Counted from the first letter of the stretch, positions 50,711-63,430 are shown. The stretch is DNA of 64,000 bases from Phoronis australis (GCA_002633005.1 NMRA01000150.1:326434-390433); one strand, 5' to 3'. Numbers and translations are program-made. The notes: generated by a model from the sequence alone, not told the origin.

Positions 50711-52242
50711 GTGGGTGAGTTGTGTGCTCATGTGGGTGTGGGGAAGGATAGCTTGGGGCTGCTTTGTAATATCCTCCTTTTTCATTCTAATACAGTTGGT
50801 GGTTCTAGTGACTCAGTCCCAGAGCTTTGATTGAATTCATGTTGTGTATACACTTGAAATGTAGTCATTGTGAATGGAACAAATCTCATATAAACACTAA
50901 CACCATTATAGACAGTATACCCACAGTCAGAGCTAAATAGTTCTTCCTGGCTTGATTTTAATTAATACTCTTTTTGATGTATTGTTGTCATACCAAAACA
51001 TATATTCTTATTTTCATCAAGGGTATCTTCATCAGTGCTAAGTTCTTTGTTCCCTGAGAAACAACCCCCTTTATACATGAGACTCCTCAACACATTCACC
51101 CCTTAGCAACCACGTTCATACTCTTAAGATTGAACACTGACAGTCTGCTGGTCAACACACACCTTCACAAATGAAAGTTGCCAAGGTGAATCACTCTTCT
51201 ATAGTGAAGTGCCATTGGTGTACTGGCAACTCAATTTGGCAGTTATATCTTATTGTCACAAGCTATTCTTATTCAAATGTTGTGTGCATTGCAAGGACTA
51301 TTAGTATAAAAGTCTCTTGACAAGATACAAGTGACACGTATTGAAATCTTGGGTAACTTTTATGGGCTGTTTTACAAAAATGCCTCGTGTTTTGCGAGTT
51401 AATTTTGGCATAAAGTTGGAACTAAGTTAATAATCAAAAATTCCGAACAGTGTTTTTTCATTAATTGTATTTTCCTGAAATCGGCTAATAGGTTTCTATT
51501 GAGATGACAATAGCCTCCTCCAATTTTCGGACAGATATGTTTTCTGTGCCACCTGTTGGCCATTTAAAAATGTTTGTGTATGTTTTGGACATCTGCCTGT
51601 CTATCTGCGAAACCACTCGAAGGATCATTATGAAAATTGACAGTTGTGTTCCTGATGCAAAGACCCCGGCTGATGTTGAGTTTTGGATGTTTTCGACAAT
51701 TTTGGCTCCCCTTAGGGACAATTTTGTTTGTTTACATTCACTTCTGTATCTCCTTAACCTTTTGAAGGTTCTTTGCAAAATGTGCTTTATAGAGATGGCA
51801 ACAGACGTCGATGAGTTTCAGGCCATTCGGAATATAGAATAGCTGTGTATTACAGAGACGCTGCCTCTTTCTCAATTCAGATGGGTTTGACACATTCTGC
51901 GCCATCTAATGCTCATTTTTATGATAGTGAAAACACCCATAGAATCACACCGTTTGCAGTGCTGTCGTGGGCACATTTCAATGCTCTGCGTTGCTCTTGT
52001 TTTTAACTCTGTTGTAGTCCTGAGGACTTGTTCTGTGGTTTTCCAAAAGAGTCTGCAACAAGATAAAACTGCAGTGGGGGCTCTTTCAGAAAAAAAAATT
52101 GAAAAAGACAGTCGCAGCCATTTTTTCACTCTGTAGGTCGCTAGTTGTTCACATAATTTATTCATATTTAACTCAGATTGACGTGTCTGAACTAATGCAG
52201 CCCTTACTACCCCCTGTCATTGTGTACCTCATATGTTGACAG

Positions 52243-52315
52243 GTTGCCTAGTGAAGGCTGGTGATCCCCCTCCAGTCAACCTGACCCCTGTTGTAGTTCT
52301 GGGTAATCTCAACTC
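52243..52315 (+). CDS. CTTNBP2: CTTNBP2 exon fragment, copy 1, cut by the single-N junction at 52316
   Basis: Matches the first 73 bp of exon 54166-54321. Confidence 0.55.
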
Positions 52316-52461
52316 NTCGTTACTGTCGCATCGCTATTGTCTCATCGCTAGTGTCTCATCGCTAGTGTTCCAGACCTAGTGCCTCATCACGGTCGTCTCA
52401 TCTCTATGGTATCTGTTAGACCTTCTGTGTTATATATCTTGATACATTTCTCTGTCAACAG

Positions 52462-52648
52462 ATTGAACAGTTCAAGTCAGTCATACTGTATGGTCACAGT
52501 GGCACCTGTAAGACATACTTGTCACAGGTACTAGCCTCATGTGTACAGGTACGTGAGAAGGCCTGTGGTAACTCTGCCTTGGTACATGTGGTCCCACTCA
52601 CACCAGACATGACTCATCAACAGCTAGCAACTATACTGCGCGATAAAG
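52462..52648 (+). CDS. CTTNBP2: CTTNBP2 P-loop exon, copy 2
   Basis: Same protein as 50524-50710; the differences seen (CTG/TTG, CGT/CGC) are synonymous. Confidence 0.8.
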
Positions 52649-54165
52649 GTGGGTGAGTTGTGTGCCCATGTGGGTGTGGGGAAGGATAGCGTGGGGCTGC
52701 TTTGTAATATCCTCCTTTTTCATTCTAATACAGTTGGTGGTTCTAGTGACTCAGTCCCAGAGCTTTGATTGAATTCATGTTGTATATACACTTGAAATGT
52801 AGTCATTGTGAATGGAACAAATCTCATACAAACACTAACACCATTATAGACAGTATACCCACAGTCAGAGCTAAATAGTTCTTCCTGGCTTGATTTTGAT
52901 TAATACTCTTTTTGATGTATTGTTGTCATACCAAAACATATATTCTTATTTTCATCAAGGGTATCTTCATCAGTGCTAAGTTCTTTGTTCCCTGAGAAAC
53001 AACCCTCTTTATACATGAGACTCCTCAACACATTCACCCCTTAGCAACCACGTTCATACTCTTAAGTTAAGATTGAACACTGACAGTCTGCTGGTCAACA
53101 CACACCTTCACAAATGAGAGTTGCCAAGGTGAATCACTCTTCTATAGTGAAGTGCCATTGGTGTACTGGCAACTTATTGTCACAAGCTACTCTTATTCAA
53201 ATGTTGTGTGCATTGCGAGGACTATTAGTGTAAAAGTCTCTTGACAAGATACAAGTGACACGTATTGAAATCTTGGGTAACTTTTATGGGCTGTTTTACA
53301 AAAATGCCTTGTGTTTCGCGAGTTAATTTTGGCATAAAACTGGAACTAAGTTAATAATCAAAAATTCCGAATAGTGTTTTTTCATTAATTGTATTTTCCT
53401 GAAATCGGCTAATAGGTTTCTATTGAGATGACAATAGACTCCTCCAATTTTCGGACAGATATGTTTTCTGTGCCACCTGTTGGCCATTTAAAAATGTTTG
53501 TGTATGTTTTGGACATCTGCTTGTCTATCTGCGAAACCACTCGAAGGATCATTATGAAAATTGACAGTTGTGTTCCTGATGCAAAGACCCCGGCTGATGT
53601 TGAGTTTTGGATGTTTTCGACAATTTTGGCTCCCCTTAGGGACAATTTTGTTTGTTTACATTCACTTCTGTATCTCCTTAACCTTTTGAAGTTTCTTTGC
53701 AAAATGTGCTTTATAGAGATGGCAACAGACAACGATGAGTTTCAGGCCAATCGGAATATAGAATAGCTGTGTATTACAGAGACGCTGCCTCTTTCTCAAT
53801 TCAGATGGGTTTGACACATTCTGCGCCATCTAATGCTCATTTTTATGATAGTGAAAACACCCATAGAATCACACCGTTTGCAGTGCTGTCGTGGGCACAT
53901 TTCAATGCTCTGCGTTGCTCTTGTTTTTAACTCTGTTGTAGTCCTGAGGACTTGTTCTGTAGTTTTCCAAAAGAGTCTGCAACAAGATAAAACTGCAGTG
54001 GGGGCTCTTTCAGAAAAAAGATTGAAAAAGACAGTCGCTGCCATTTTTTCACTCTGTGGGTCGCTAGTTGTTCACATAATTTATTCATATTTAACTCAGA
54101 TTGAGGTGTCTGAACTAATGCAGCCCTTACTACCCCCTGTCATTGTGTACCTCATATGTTGACAG

Positions 54166-54321
54166 GTTGCCTAGTGAAGGCTGGTGATCCCCCTCCAGTC
54201 AACCTGACCCCTGTTGTAGTTCTGGGTAATCTCAACTCTGTCAACCTAGCCAATGTGTTTGGTAACATTTTAACCTGTCTGGAACATCGAGGATCTGGTT
54301 GTACCATCACCATACCAACAG
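54166..54321 (+). CDS. CTTNBP2: CTTNBP2 exon (GCLVKAGDPPPVNLTPVVVLGNLNSVNLANVFGNILTCLEHRGSGCTITIPT)
   Basis: Walker B-position strand PVVVLGNL and LE.RG motif; phase 1 to 1. Confidence 0.88.
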
Positions 54322-55292
54322 GTAAACACTGAAGTTGTGGATACATGTGGGTGCATATGCCTATATAATGTGTGTTGTTGTCATCTCAGTTGAGGTAGTC
54401 GTCCTGTGGTGGAGACATGCATCTACCCATGTATGTACCCATGTATGTACCCATGTATGTACCCATGTATGTACCCATGTATGTACCCAAGTGTGTATCA
54501 GTGTTCATTGTTGGAAGCATGTATGACAACCCTCGACAATATGGCAATATCAAGTCATTGTTTGTGACCGGGAAAATTCCAGTTTACGATTTCGACATAC
54601 CCTGTTACACAAACCCCTGGCGGCCAAACAAATTGTTGTCACATATGTTTTTTTTGTGTTGTGACACCCATATTTTCCATGGCAATGCGACTTGGCTCAT
54701 AGGAGACCAGGCCATACAAGTGCTGTCAAAATCTCCTCGCACATTTCCAAATTTCAGGTCTCAAGTATGACCTCTAGCTGTATGCACCCCTGTGTATATG
54801 GGTGTCCAGTGGTGTTGCCCTTTATGTGAATGTCGGTGCATTTTGCTGCCCAGAGGGCCGTCTAGTGTTTGTGCTGATTCCTCCTCAAGTATTGTCTTCA
54901 ACGTATAAGGAAATGTCTTCTAGTCAAGAAAAGCATGGTTGACCTTGCTTCACTGACAATGTTGAGTACTGTAATTTGTACCCCCTTGTGTTAATTCTAA
55001 ATACACCAAGCTCCTTGGTGAAGCTTCATCAACGACCTTGTCACATATTTGTCTCTCACTGAGGCCAAATACAGTACATTTTTGCCTGACAGTATAGCAG
55101 CCAAATTTGGCATTTTCTGCTCTGTTCAGTACATCTTGTGCACAAACTTAACTGTATTTGTTGGCTTTGTTGCTGATAGTGTAATTCACATTGGATGTCC
55201 TTAGACTTGGTGTATTAGCTTGTTGTCTAGTAGTAATGTTTATAATGTGTGGACTGGTTGTAGTCCTGATGACTGTGCTGTTATACTTTCAG

Positions 55293-55359
55293 ATGAGGGT
55301 GAAGTGAGTGTCTACCTTCAAGCGCACTGTTACATCATAGGCACCATGAACAGGACTAG
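55293..55359 (+). CDS. CTTNBP2: CTTNBP2 exon (DEGEVSVYLQAHCYIIGTMNRT)
   Basis: YIIGTMN sensor-1-like motif of McrB/navigator-type AAA domains; phase 1 to 2. Confidence 0.9.
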
Positions 55360-55705
55360 GTGAGTGATCAACATGTGTTGAGTGAACAGGACTAGGTGAG
55401 TGGTCAACACATGTTGAGTGAACAGGGCTAGGTGAGTGATCAACACATGTTGAGTGAACAGGACTACGTGAGTGATCAACATGTGTTGAGTGAACAGGAC
55501 TAGATGAGTGATCAACATGTGTTGAGTGAACAGGACTAGGTGAGTGATCAACATGTGTTGAGTGAACAGGACTAGGTGAGTGATCAACATGTGTTGAGTA
55601 ACAAGGCCTAGGTGAGTGATCAACATGTGTTGAGTGAACAGGGCTATGTGAGTGGTTAATACATGTTCAGTCACCAGGGGTAGGTGAGTGATCAACACAT
55701 GTTCA
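55348..55705. repeat. 36-bp minisatellite, ~10 copies, overlapping an exon end and donor
   Basis: Unit GAACAGGACTAGGTGAGTGATCAACATGTGTTGAGT. Confidence 0.95.
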
Positions 55706-56037
55706 GTGCCAGTTGATTCAAGACTATCATGAAATGAACGCCTGTTAAGCTTGCTTTGCTGGTCTGTCTTGAGCTTTTAATGTTTACTTGAAATGTCAAT
55801 GAATGTCATTATTTGTCTGCATGCTTCATTCATTCGTCCACTTAACAATAGACTTATAGGTGTTCAGTTAGCTTATAGGTGTTAAACTTTTTTGTGTCCA
55901 ACTACAGTTAAGTTTCTCATGAATTTCAAGTGAAATGTAATTATGATTCAGACCCAATATTTCATTAAATTAAAGCAATAAGTCTGTTGTATACTATTTG
56001 CACCCAGTGTTCTATTTCACTGACCTCTAACCTGCAG

Positions 56038-56328
56038 GTCATCAGGACTTGACCTCTCTGTCCAGCGCAGTTTCCGCTGGCTTCACTGTCAGCTGGACAG
56101 TGAGCCGGTCAAGGGCCTCTTGTCACGTCATCTCTACAGGCGTTACCTACACAAACACGCTGGTGTAGAGGCCAGTGGTCTGCTGGTCTCAGCCATCCGT
56201 TGGGTGACCAGTGTCCAGTACCGTCTCAACGAAGGCCTAGATAAGTTGGGTCTGCCAGAGCTTGTATTTGGACCGGGTCATTTTCTGTGCTGTCCAGTAG
56301 AGGTCAATATGTCAAAGGCTGTACTGAG
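56038..56328 (+). CDS. CTTNBP2: CTTNBP2 exon (SSGLDLSVQRSFRWLHCQLDSEPVKGLLSRHLYRR...FGPGHFLCCPVE...AVL)
   Basis: FRW......EP..GLL.R.L.R and GP..FL.CP motifs; phase 2 to 2. Confidence 0.93.
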
Positions 56329-56656
56329 GTGAGTGATGTGAAAGTCAACAGAGGTCAGGTGCCACAGGGGGCTGTGTTGCAAGTAAGCTTCATTCTAACA
56401 CTTTCATTCAGGTCGTCCCAAATGCGTTTGTCTTCTGACTAAAACTTAGTTGACTAGCTTTGATATTGTTGAAAACTATTGTATGATTATATGGAAAGTT
56501 GAGCTTTTTTGAGTTAAACGTGATTTAACTTGCACAGCTAGTTAGCAGACTTTGGGAAATTTCCAGGTATACACATTATTACTGTTCTATTTTGGTTCCC
56601 TTTATTGAAACCTTGTTAATGAAGACTGCAGTGGATTCATTCCTTTATACCTGTAG

Positions 56657-56814
56657 ATGGCTTGTACAACTGTGGAACCACATGATAGCGCCAAAGGTGA
56701 TTGAGGCAGTCAGTAAAAACTCGGACTCCAATGGTCAACAGAAAGTAGCTAGCACCGTGCTGTATGTTCTCCTACAGAGGGCAGTAGTGCCTGGCTGTCC
56801 ACTCACTGGTCAAG
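56657..56814 (+). CDS. CTTNBP2: CTTNBP2 exon (RWLVQLWNHMIAPKVIEAV...LLQRAVVPGCPLTGQ)
   Basis: W...LWN..IAP.V.EA and A...GCPL motifs; phase 2 to 1. Confidence 0.93.
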
Positions 56815-57069
56815 GTTTGTGGACATTTGTTGTGTAGTTAGTGGTACTAGACTTCACTGACATACAATTATGATGAAGCATGTAAATTTCGCAATTAGCT
56901 CTGTGAAAACTGTGTTGGCATTATGTTATGAAAATGTTAGAAATATATTGAGAAATGTTTGTAGGCATTACATTTTAAAAATATTAAGAGTATATTGAGG
57001 GTTGTTTCACACAATGGCAAGTGTTGAATGTTATGACTTATTTTTTTTGACTAACAAAAATGTGAACGG

Positions 57070-57275
57070 AAGGGTGGTATTTGTGACCATAAGGGTGGTA
57101 TTTGTGACCATAACGGTGATGTTTGTGACCGTAGGGGTGATATTTTGACCATAAGGGCGATATCTGTGACCAAAAGGGCGATATTTGTGACCATAATTGC
57201 AATATATGTGACCATAAGCGTGATATTTGTGACCGTAAGGATGATATTTGTGACCATAAGGGTGATATTTGTGAC
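57070..57275. repeat. 21-bp minisatellite, ~10 copies
   Basis: Unit ATATTTGTGACCATAAGGGTG. Confidence 0.9.
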
Positions 57276-57413
57276 TTAAACACATGATTTTTATTACATG
57301 TTACTTTGACATGTGTGGTCCACAAGAGCAGAGCTCTGTGCAACTGTAATGAGGTGTAAATACAAGCATAGTCCAAACAAAAGTTTCATGGTCAGTCATA
57401 CTTCATTTTGTAG

Positions 57414-57492
57414 AAAAGGAGAGATACTTGTCGAGTTTCCAGGGGAGTGGTGAAAATGACAAGAGGCGCAGTGAAAGTCCAGAGTTGTCCAG
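57414..57492 (+). CDS. CTTNBP2: CTTNBP2 exon (EKERYLSSFQGSGENDKRRSESPELS)
   Basis: ttgtag/gtagac boundaries; phase 1 to 2 bridges the flanking exons. Confidence 0.8.
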
Positions 57493-57711
57493 GTAGACAT
57501 TCCTTCACTCTCATTATAAATATCTTAATTCGACATTCATCTTAGTACAGTTATATTGATTACTGACGTTGGATTTCAATGTTAGTTCTTTCTGAAGAGT
57601 AAGCAATGTTTATAACGTACAACTACTTGTTTTGCCAATTTCGTTTTATTTAAATGGTCTCAAGTCCATGGGCTTATTTATAACACTGTTTAATCTTCTC
57701 TTTGTTTTCAG

Positions 57712-57991
57712 TTCCACCAAGGAGCCCATGGCTCCGCGCTCATCCAGTTTCTCTGGTGTGGTCAACCCTAGCACACCTCGTCGTCCTGACCCGTCCCCAT
57801 CCTACCTGGCAAAGTCACAACCCAACCTGACAGCACCTCTAACTGTCAGGACCACTGAATTAGGCACGCCCCTGTTCACACCCTTGTCACCCAAGAGCCC
57901 AACCTTACGTTCTGTTCAAAGTCCCAGCCTAAGTCATCGACTGCGTACAGAGTTTTTCAAGGACCTGTCTCCGCCTAGTGGAGATGCATGA
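57712..57991 (+). CDS. CTTNBP2: CTTNBP2 last exon, long isoform (SSTKEPMAPRSSSF...DLSPPSGDA*); 3' UTR to ~59820
   Basis: Pyrimidine tract plus CAG; Ser/Pro-rich tail; stop at 57989-57991; AATAAA at 59799. Confidence 0.8.
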
Positions 57992-58916
57992 GCTTTCATT
58001 GGCTGTCTTAACTCGTCTTTTATTGATCTACTTGTGTTTGAGCACCCTGTCGCCGTTGGTTGCAAATCATCTGCTCATCTTCATTACATACTCATTCAAC
58101 ATCGCCATCTAGTGTTAGAATATTATAATGTATGACTCAACATTGAGAGTTTATTTCCACATGATATGGACAAATTGCGAGGACTTGAGTTTTGGTGCCC
58201 TTAGTATTTAGAAAAACTTAATGTATTATAACTGTGCTAATGTTAACGTGATGATATTTAACAGTGTATAGTGACACTGTTTTTGATGTTAAGTAGATTT
58301 ACTGCAGATGACCTGTTGTCATGGTGCTTGCAATTAACAGAAAACTTTCAAGTCAGAAATGTGGAAAGCTTTTTAAGTGCAGGATTTTGATGTTATAGAT
58401 TTTATTTTCTAGACATATACTATGGGGTTTATTGCAATCTTTGTGGCCCGTGTGAAACCACCATCACCTTTTTGTCCCGCCTCTAGAGCAATTTGGTAGT
58501 GTTTCATTTTATCAAGCAATTTACATATTTTTGTGGGTGGTGAGAATTCCGTTCCTTTAGATGTTTATTAGTTAATAACTTTGTAGCGGGAGGATTTTAA
58601 CGCGTGAAGATTTATAGAAGATTATTATTTGTTGAAAGGTTTGATGTATTTATTGTTTATTAGTGGTTGAAAACCACTTTTGTTTGTAGCAATTACTTGA
58701 GGGAATGTAGTGCAGCAAGCTGTAGTTAGAAAGGTGATACATCCATCCAAAGGATTTATTTTTTAGAAAAAAATCAGGAATTTCCAGTAACTTGGAGTGT
58801 AGAGTGTTTGTTGCTAGTCTTTATATAGTGCTGAAGAATGCTACAAAATTTTGTTTTAACATTTTTTTCTAAAACACTGTATTGTGTCCCAATTATTGTA
58901 GTAGCAAGTCTATGTG

Positions 58917-59228
58917 CGGTGGCGGATTTAGGAGGGGGGGCAAGGGGCCCCCTAAAATTCTACCAGATACCATTTGGCAGTTCGGGTGCGAATTGCTGAC
59001 TAGCATATACGCGCATCCAGGTGGGCTTGGAGGGTGAATAAACAATGCACAGGCCCTGAACAAACCCCATTTACCGTTTTTTTTTTTTTTTTAGTCAAAT
59101 GGCCCGCAGACCTAAAAATTCGAGATCCCTGCATCCCTACAGTTTAGGCTGGGGGCATGTGTCTTCCGAAATTTTGGTTATTCCTGTGTCCTGGCCCCCC
59201 CTAACTCAAAATCCTGGATCCGCCCCTG
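58917..59228. mobile_element. MITE with 5-bp TSD (hAT5-like) in the CTTNBP2 3' UTR
   Basis: Ends CGGTGGCGGATTTAGGA / TCCTGGATCCGCCCCTG; ATGTG on both sides. Confidence 0.8.
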
Positions 59229-59550
59229 ATGTGAAACTTAATGGTTGTTTCTAGATCATTGTCTGTTAACTGTGTCTCATTCAGCTTGTGTGCATTCAGC
59301 ACTCTTAACACTTCCTTGAACTTGCCAGATTTCCATCATGCCGTCCCACACTTGATATCTGCCCACATGGCTGTGTTAAACATACACAGTGTAAGTGCTA
59401 ACATTTAACATGAACCGTTCATGTAGTATTTTCCTTTTACCAACTGTCCATGTAATATTTTAACTGCGAGTGGAATAACATTTTGTTATGCATGCATGCA
59501 AAGCAGATTGTAGGACTGTCTTTGTGGTCCTGTCAAGTTTTGTTTGTTTA

Positions 59551-62500
59551 TATGTGTGATGGGGACTCTTGTGTTCGGACTGTAGAAATAATTCTGTAGT
59601 GTTCATACTGTATGTTCACTCTGTAATGTTCATTCTGTAGTGTTCATACTGTATCTTCACTCTGTATTGTTCATGCTGTAGTGCTCGTGCTGTAGTGCTC
59701 ATTCTAGGTCAAACTTGGTGCTTTTATTTATATCTAGAATTAGAGTCTTGTATATATATATCACCACTGGCAAGTTTTGTAATTATCCTAATGTTGGCAA
59801 TAAACAACATTTTTAAAAGACGCAGTACCTATGTTGAAGTGTGTATGGAGCCATGCTCCTCTGCAGTACAAGACAAAGTAGTCAGACAGAAAATATGACC
59901 GGTAATAACTAATTTGCATGCGAAAAATAATTGAAAGACTTGGCCAGCCTTCCTAACAATTGACCTTCAGTATGTCGTTAGGAAAGACCCTACCATGACT
60001 TTGATGTGTGTCCAGCTGGCACGACAAAAGAATTCTGGTCTGAATACTTTACTGTGTGTGAAGCTGAACATGATATCCAGAATTGAGTACCTACCCCTAT
60101 GTGTAAAGAACAACTTTTTAAAATGTGACTCGAAGTGGAACTTGAACAACTTGTTACAAAATGGCAGACGTTCAAGAAATTTGCAATAATTACACAAGGC
60201 TTTTGATAATCGGTCTCTTTGAGGTCCAAGGCTGACAAATTATCCTTCTCACTGATAAAAATCAGGATGTCAACAAGTGGGGGCAATATTAATATTACCT
60301 TTGATAGCCAAATCATCCAAAAGAGGTACGTAAAAAGTCAACAGTGGATAATCCGTCACTTACCTTAGATGATTAAAATCAAATATTTTTACTTGGCAAT
60401 TTTCCAAGGTTAGCAGAAGTGGAACAAAATCTGTATCCCGTTGTATAACCTTCCATAATCTATACAAGGCTTGGAAGGACCAGTGCCAAAAATGGAAAAT
60501 TTTCTAGTTTAGTATCATTCTACAAATAAGTAGGCTTGTGTGATAGAAATATTTGTGATGTAAAATTCAACAGCAAAAAAACACGTTTTTTGCATGAATA
60601 AAGTAAAATTAATGATGAAAAAGAGGAAACTGGAAATTGAGAGGAATTATGAAAAAAAATCCTCTTTAAAAAGGAAATTTTAAGTCCTGTCTATAGCCTA
60701 TAAGATGTACTTTCTTGGAAATCAAAAGGCAAACAGCAACAACACTTGATCTTTGAGTAGTTGGGCTTATATTTTTAAAATGTTTGCATTAGCAACACTA
60801 AAGGCAAGCTTAAAAGACTTTTCACAAGTTCAGCCATTAAATTTTCAAATGATTACACTAATAATTGGACAGAGTTAATTGCTCGATTCTGAACCTAATT
60901 GTTCAGTTGTACTTTGAAATTGGCTGGGTTTGTCCCTAGATATCACTACCGTCGTGTCGTGTCAACCAAATGTAAACACAGATTTACTGAAAAACCATGG
61001 AATACAATAACCATCTCTTAAATCATTTATTTACAATAGTATATAAACAAAACTATATTTATACACAGACTTTCTCAACCCTTTCAAGAAATAAATATTA
61101 GCTCAGACTTTAGACATGCCTACACTGTAATAAGAAAATCACGTTTTCATTAAACTAAAAAGCACTTGTCAAGGCAGGTCAGCCCTGCTGACTTTTCATC
61201 ATAATGCCGGTCATAGTTTCAAGACAGTAGAATCCTCCCCCTTCATAAACCTACTCTGCTTCAAAACTGTTCATACTTGACATTTGGCCACTAACAAGCC
61301 TTATCTGACCACAACTACAAACCCAGGTTCAATATCTGTTCTTATCATTAGTGCTTGGAATGACCAATGACAAAAAGGAGGAAATTTTCCAGGTGATGTA
61401 TAGTTCCACAAATAAAAAGGCTAGTGTGATAGAAATAAATTTGTGTTGTAAAATTCAACTGAATAAAGTCAAAATAATGACGAAAAGAGACCAAGAAAGA
61501 GGAAACTGGAAATCAAATAAGAAATCAAATCCAAAAAAGGAAATCCTCTTGAAAGAGGAAATTCCAAGCCCAGACGTATTTCACTAGGATAGCTGTATTA
61601 CTTTGTCAAGATTTTGCACTGGTCATGACAACAGAATACCACAAAACAGACACCCTCTATTGAGTCCTGGTCACCACTAGCAACATAGCCCCCCCCCCCC
61701 CGCTCTACTTCATCAGTTTAACAGAGTAGGTGACTGAACCATTATAACTAGTTATAATTATTTAAGAACCAGTGACATTACAATATTATAACAAGTTTTC
61801 ACCATCATACATTCTTACAGTATTATACACTGGCGGGNTATGTGTGATGGGGACTCTTGTTCATACTGTAGAAATAATTCTGTAGTGTTCATACTGTATG
61901 TTCACGCTGTAACGTTCACTCTGTAATGTTCATTCTGTAGTGTTCATACTGTATGTTCACTCTGTATTGTTCGTGCTGTAGTGCTCGTGCTGTAGTGCTC
62001 GTGCTGTAGTGCTCATTCTAGGTCAAACTTGGTGCTTTTATTTATATCTAGAATTAGTCTTGTATATATATATCACCACTGGCAAGTTTTGTAATTATCC
62101 TAATGTTGGCAATAAACAACATTTTTAAAAGACGCAGTAAAATTCAACAGCAAAAAAAACACGTTTTTTGCATGAATAAAGTAAAAATAATGATGAAAAA
62201 GAGGAAACTGGAAATTGAGAGGAATTATGAAAAAAAATCCTCTTTAAAAAGGAAATTTTAAGCCCTGTCTATAGCCTATAAGATGTACTTTCTTGGAAAT
62301 TAAAAGGCAAACAGCAACCACACTTGATCCTTGAGTAGTTGGGCTTATATTTTTAAAATGTTTGCATTAGCAACACTAAAGGTAAGCTTAAAAGACTTTT
62401 CACAAGTTCAGGCATTGAATTTTCAAATGATTACACTAATAATTGGACAGAGTTAATTGCTCGATTCTGAACCTAATTGGTCAGTTGTACTTTGAAATTG

Positions 62501-63430
62501 GCTGGGTTTATCCCTAGATATCACTACCGTCGTGTCGTGTCAACCAACTGTAAACACAGATTTACTGAATAACCATGGAATACAATAACCATATCTTAAA
62601 TCATTTATTTACAATAGTATATAAACAAAACTATATTTATACACAGACTTTTTCAACCCTTTCAAGAAATAAATATTAGCTCAGACTTTAGACATGCCTA
62701 CACTGTAATAAGAAAATCACGTTTTCATTAAACTAAAAACCACTTGTCAAGGCAGGTCAGCCCTGCTGACTTTTTATCATAATGCCGGTAATAGTTTCAA
62801 GACAGTAGAATCCTCCCCTTCATAAACCTACTCTGCTTCAAAACTGTTCATACTTGACATTTGGCCACTAACAAGCCTTATCTGACCACAACTACAAACC
62901 CAGGTTCAATATCTGTTCTTATCATCAGTGCTTGGAATGACCAATGACAAAAAGGAGGAAATTTTCCAGGTGATGTATAGTTCCACAAATAAAAAGGCTA
63001 GTGTGATAGAAATAAATTTGGGTTGTAAAATTCAACTGAATAAAGTCAAAATAATGACAAAAAGAGACCAAGAAAGGGGAAACTGGAAATCAAATAAGAA
63101 ATCAAATCCAAAAAAGGAAATCCTCTTGAAAGAGGAAATTCCAAGCCCTGTATTACACTCATTCAGACGTATTTCACTAGGATAGCTGTATTAGTTTGTC
63201 AAGATTTTGCACTGGTCATGACAACAGAATACCACAAAACAGACACCCTCTATTGAGTCCTGGTCACCACTAGCAACATAGCCCCCCCCCCCCCGCTCTA
63301 CTTCATCAGTTTAACAGAGTAGGTGACTGAACCATTATAACTAGTTATAATTATTTAAGAACCAGTGACATTACAATATTATAACAAGTTTTCACCATCA
63401 TACATTCTTACAGTATTATACACTGGCGGG
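59551..63430. repeat. Duplicate 59551-61837 / 61839-63430 across the single N at 61838
   Basis: Near-identical copies differing by a 735-bp indel; probable uncollapsed haplotypes. Confidence 0.85.

Larger units (their letters stand above)
50351..54238. repeat. Duplicate 50351-52315 / 52317-54238 across the single N at 52316
   Basis: Near-identical copies including exons; probable uncollapsed haplotypes. Confidence 0.85.

Noticed and set aside
51362-52165. Overlapping ~100-aa ORFs, repeated at 53409-54162
   Set aside because: Intronic, no recognisable domain, probably a decayed repeat; the second copy is only the haplotype duplicate.
55330-55698. 122-aa hydrophobic repeat ORF on the minus strand
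   Set aside because: Antisense translation of the 36-bp minisatellite.
61351-63185. Duplicated Lys-rich ORFs (61351-61587 and 62928-63185)
   Set aside because: Short AT-rich ORFs with GTG starts in probable UTR/intergenic sequence; the duplication is the haplotype artefact and the ends differ.
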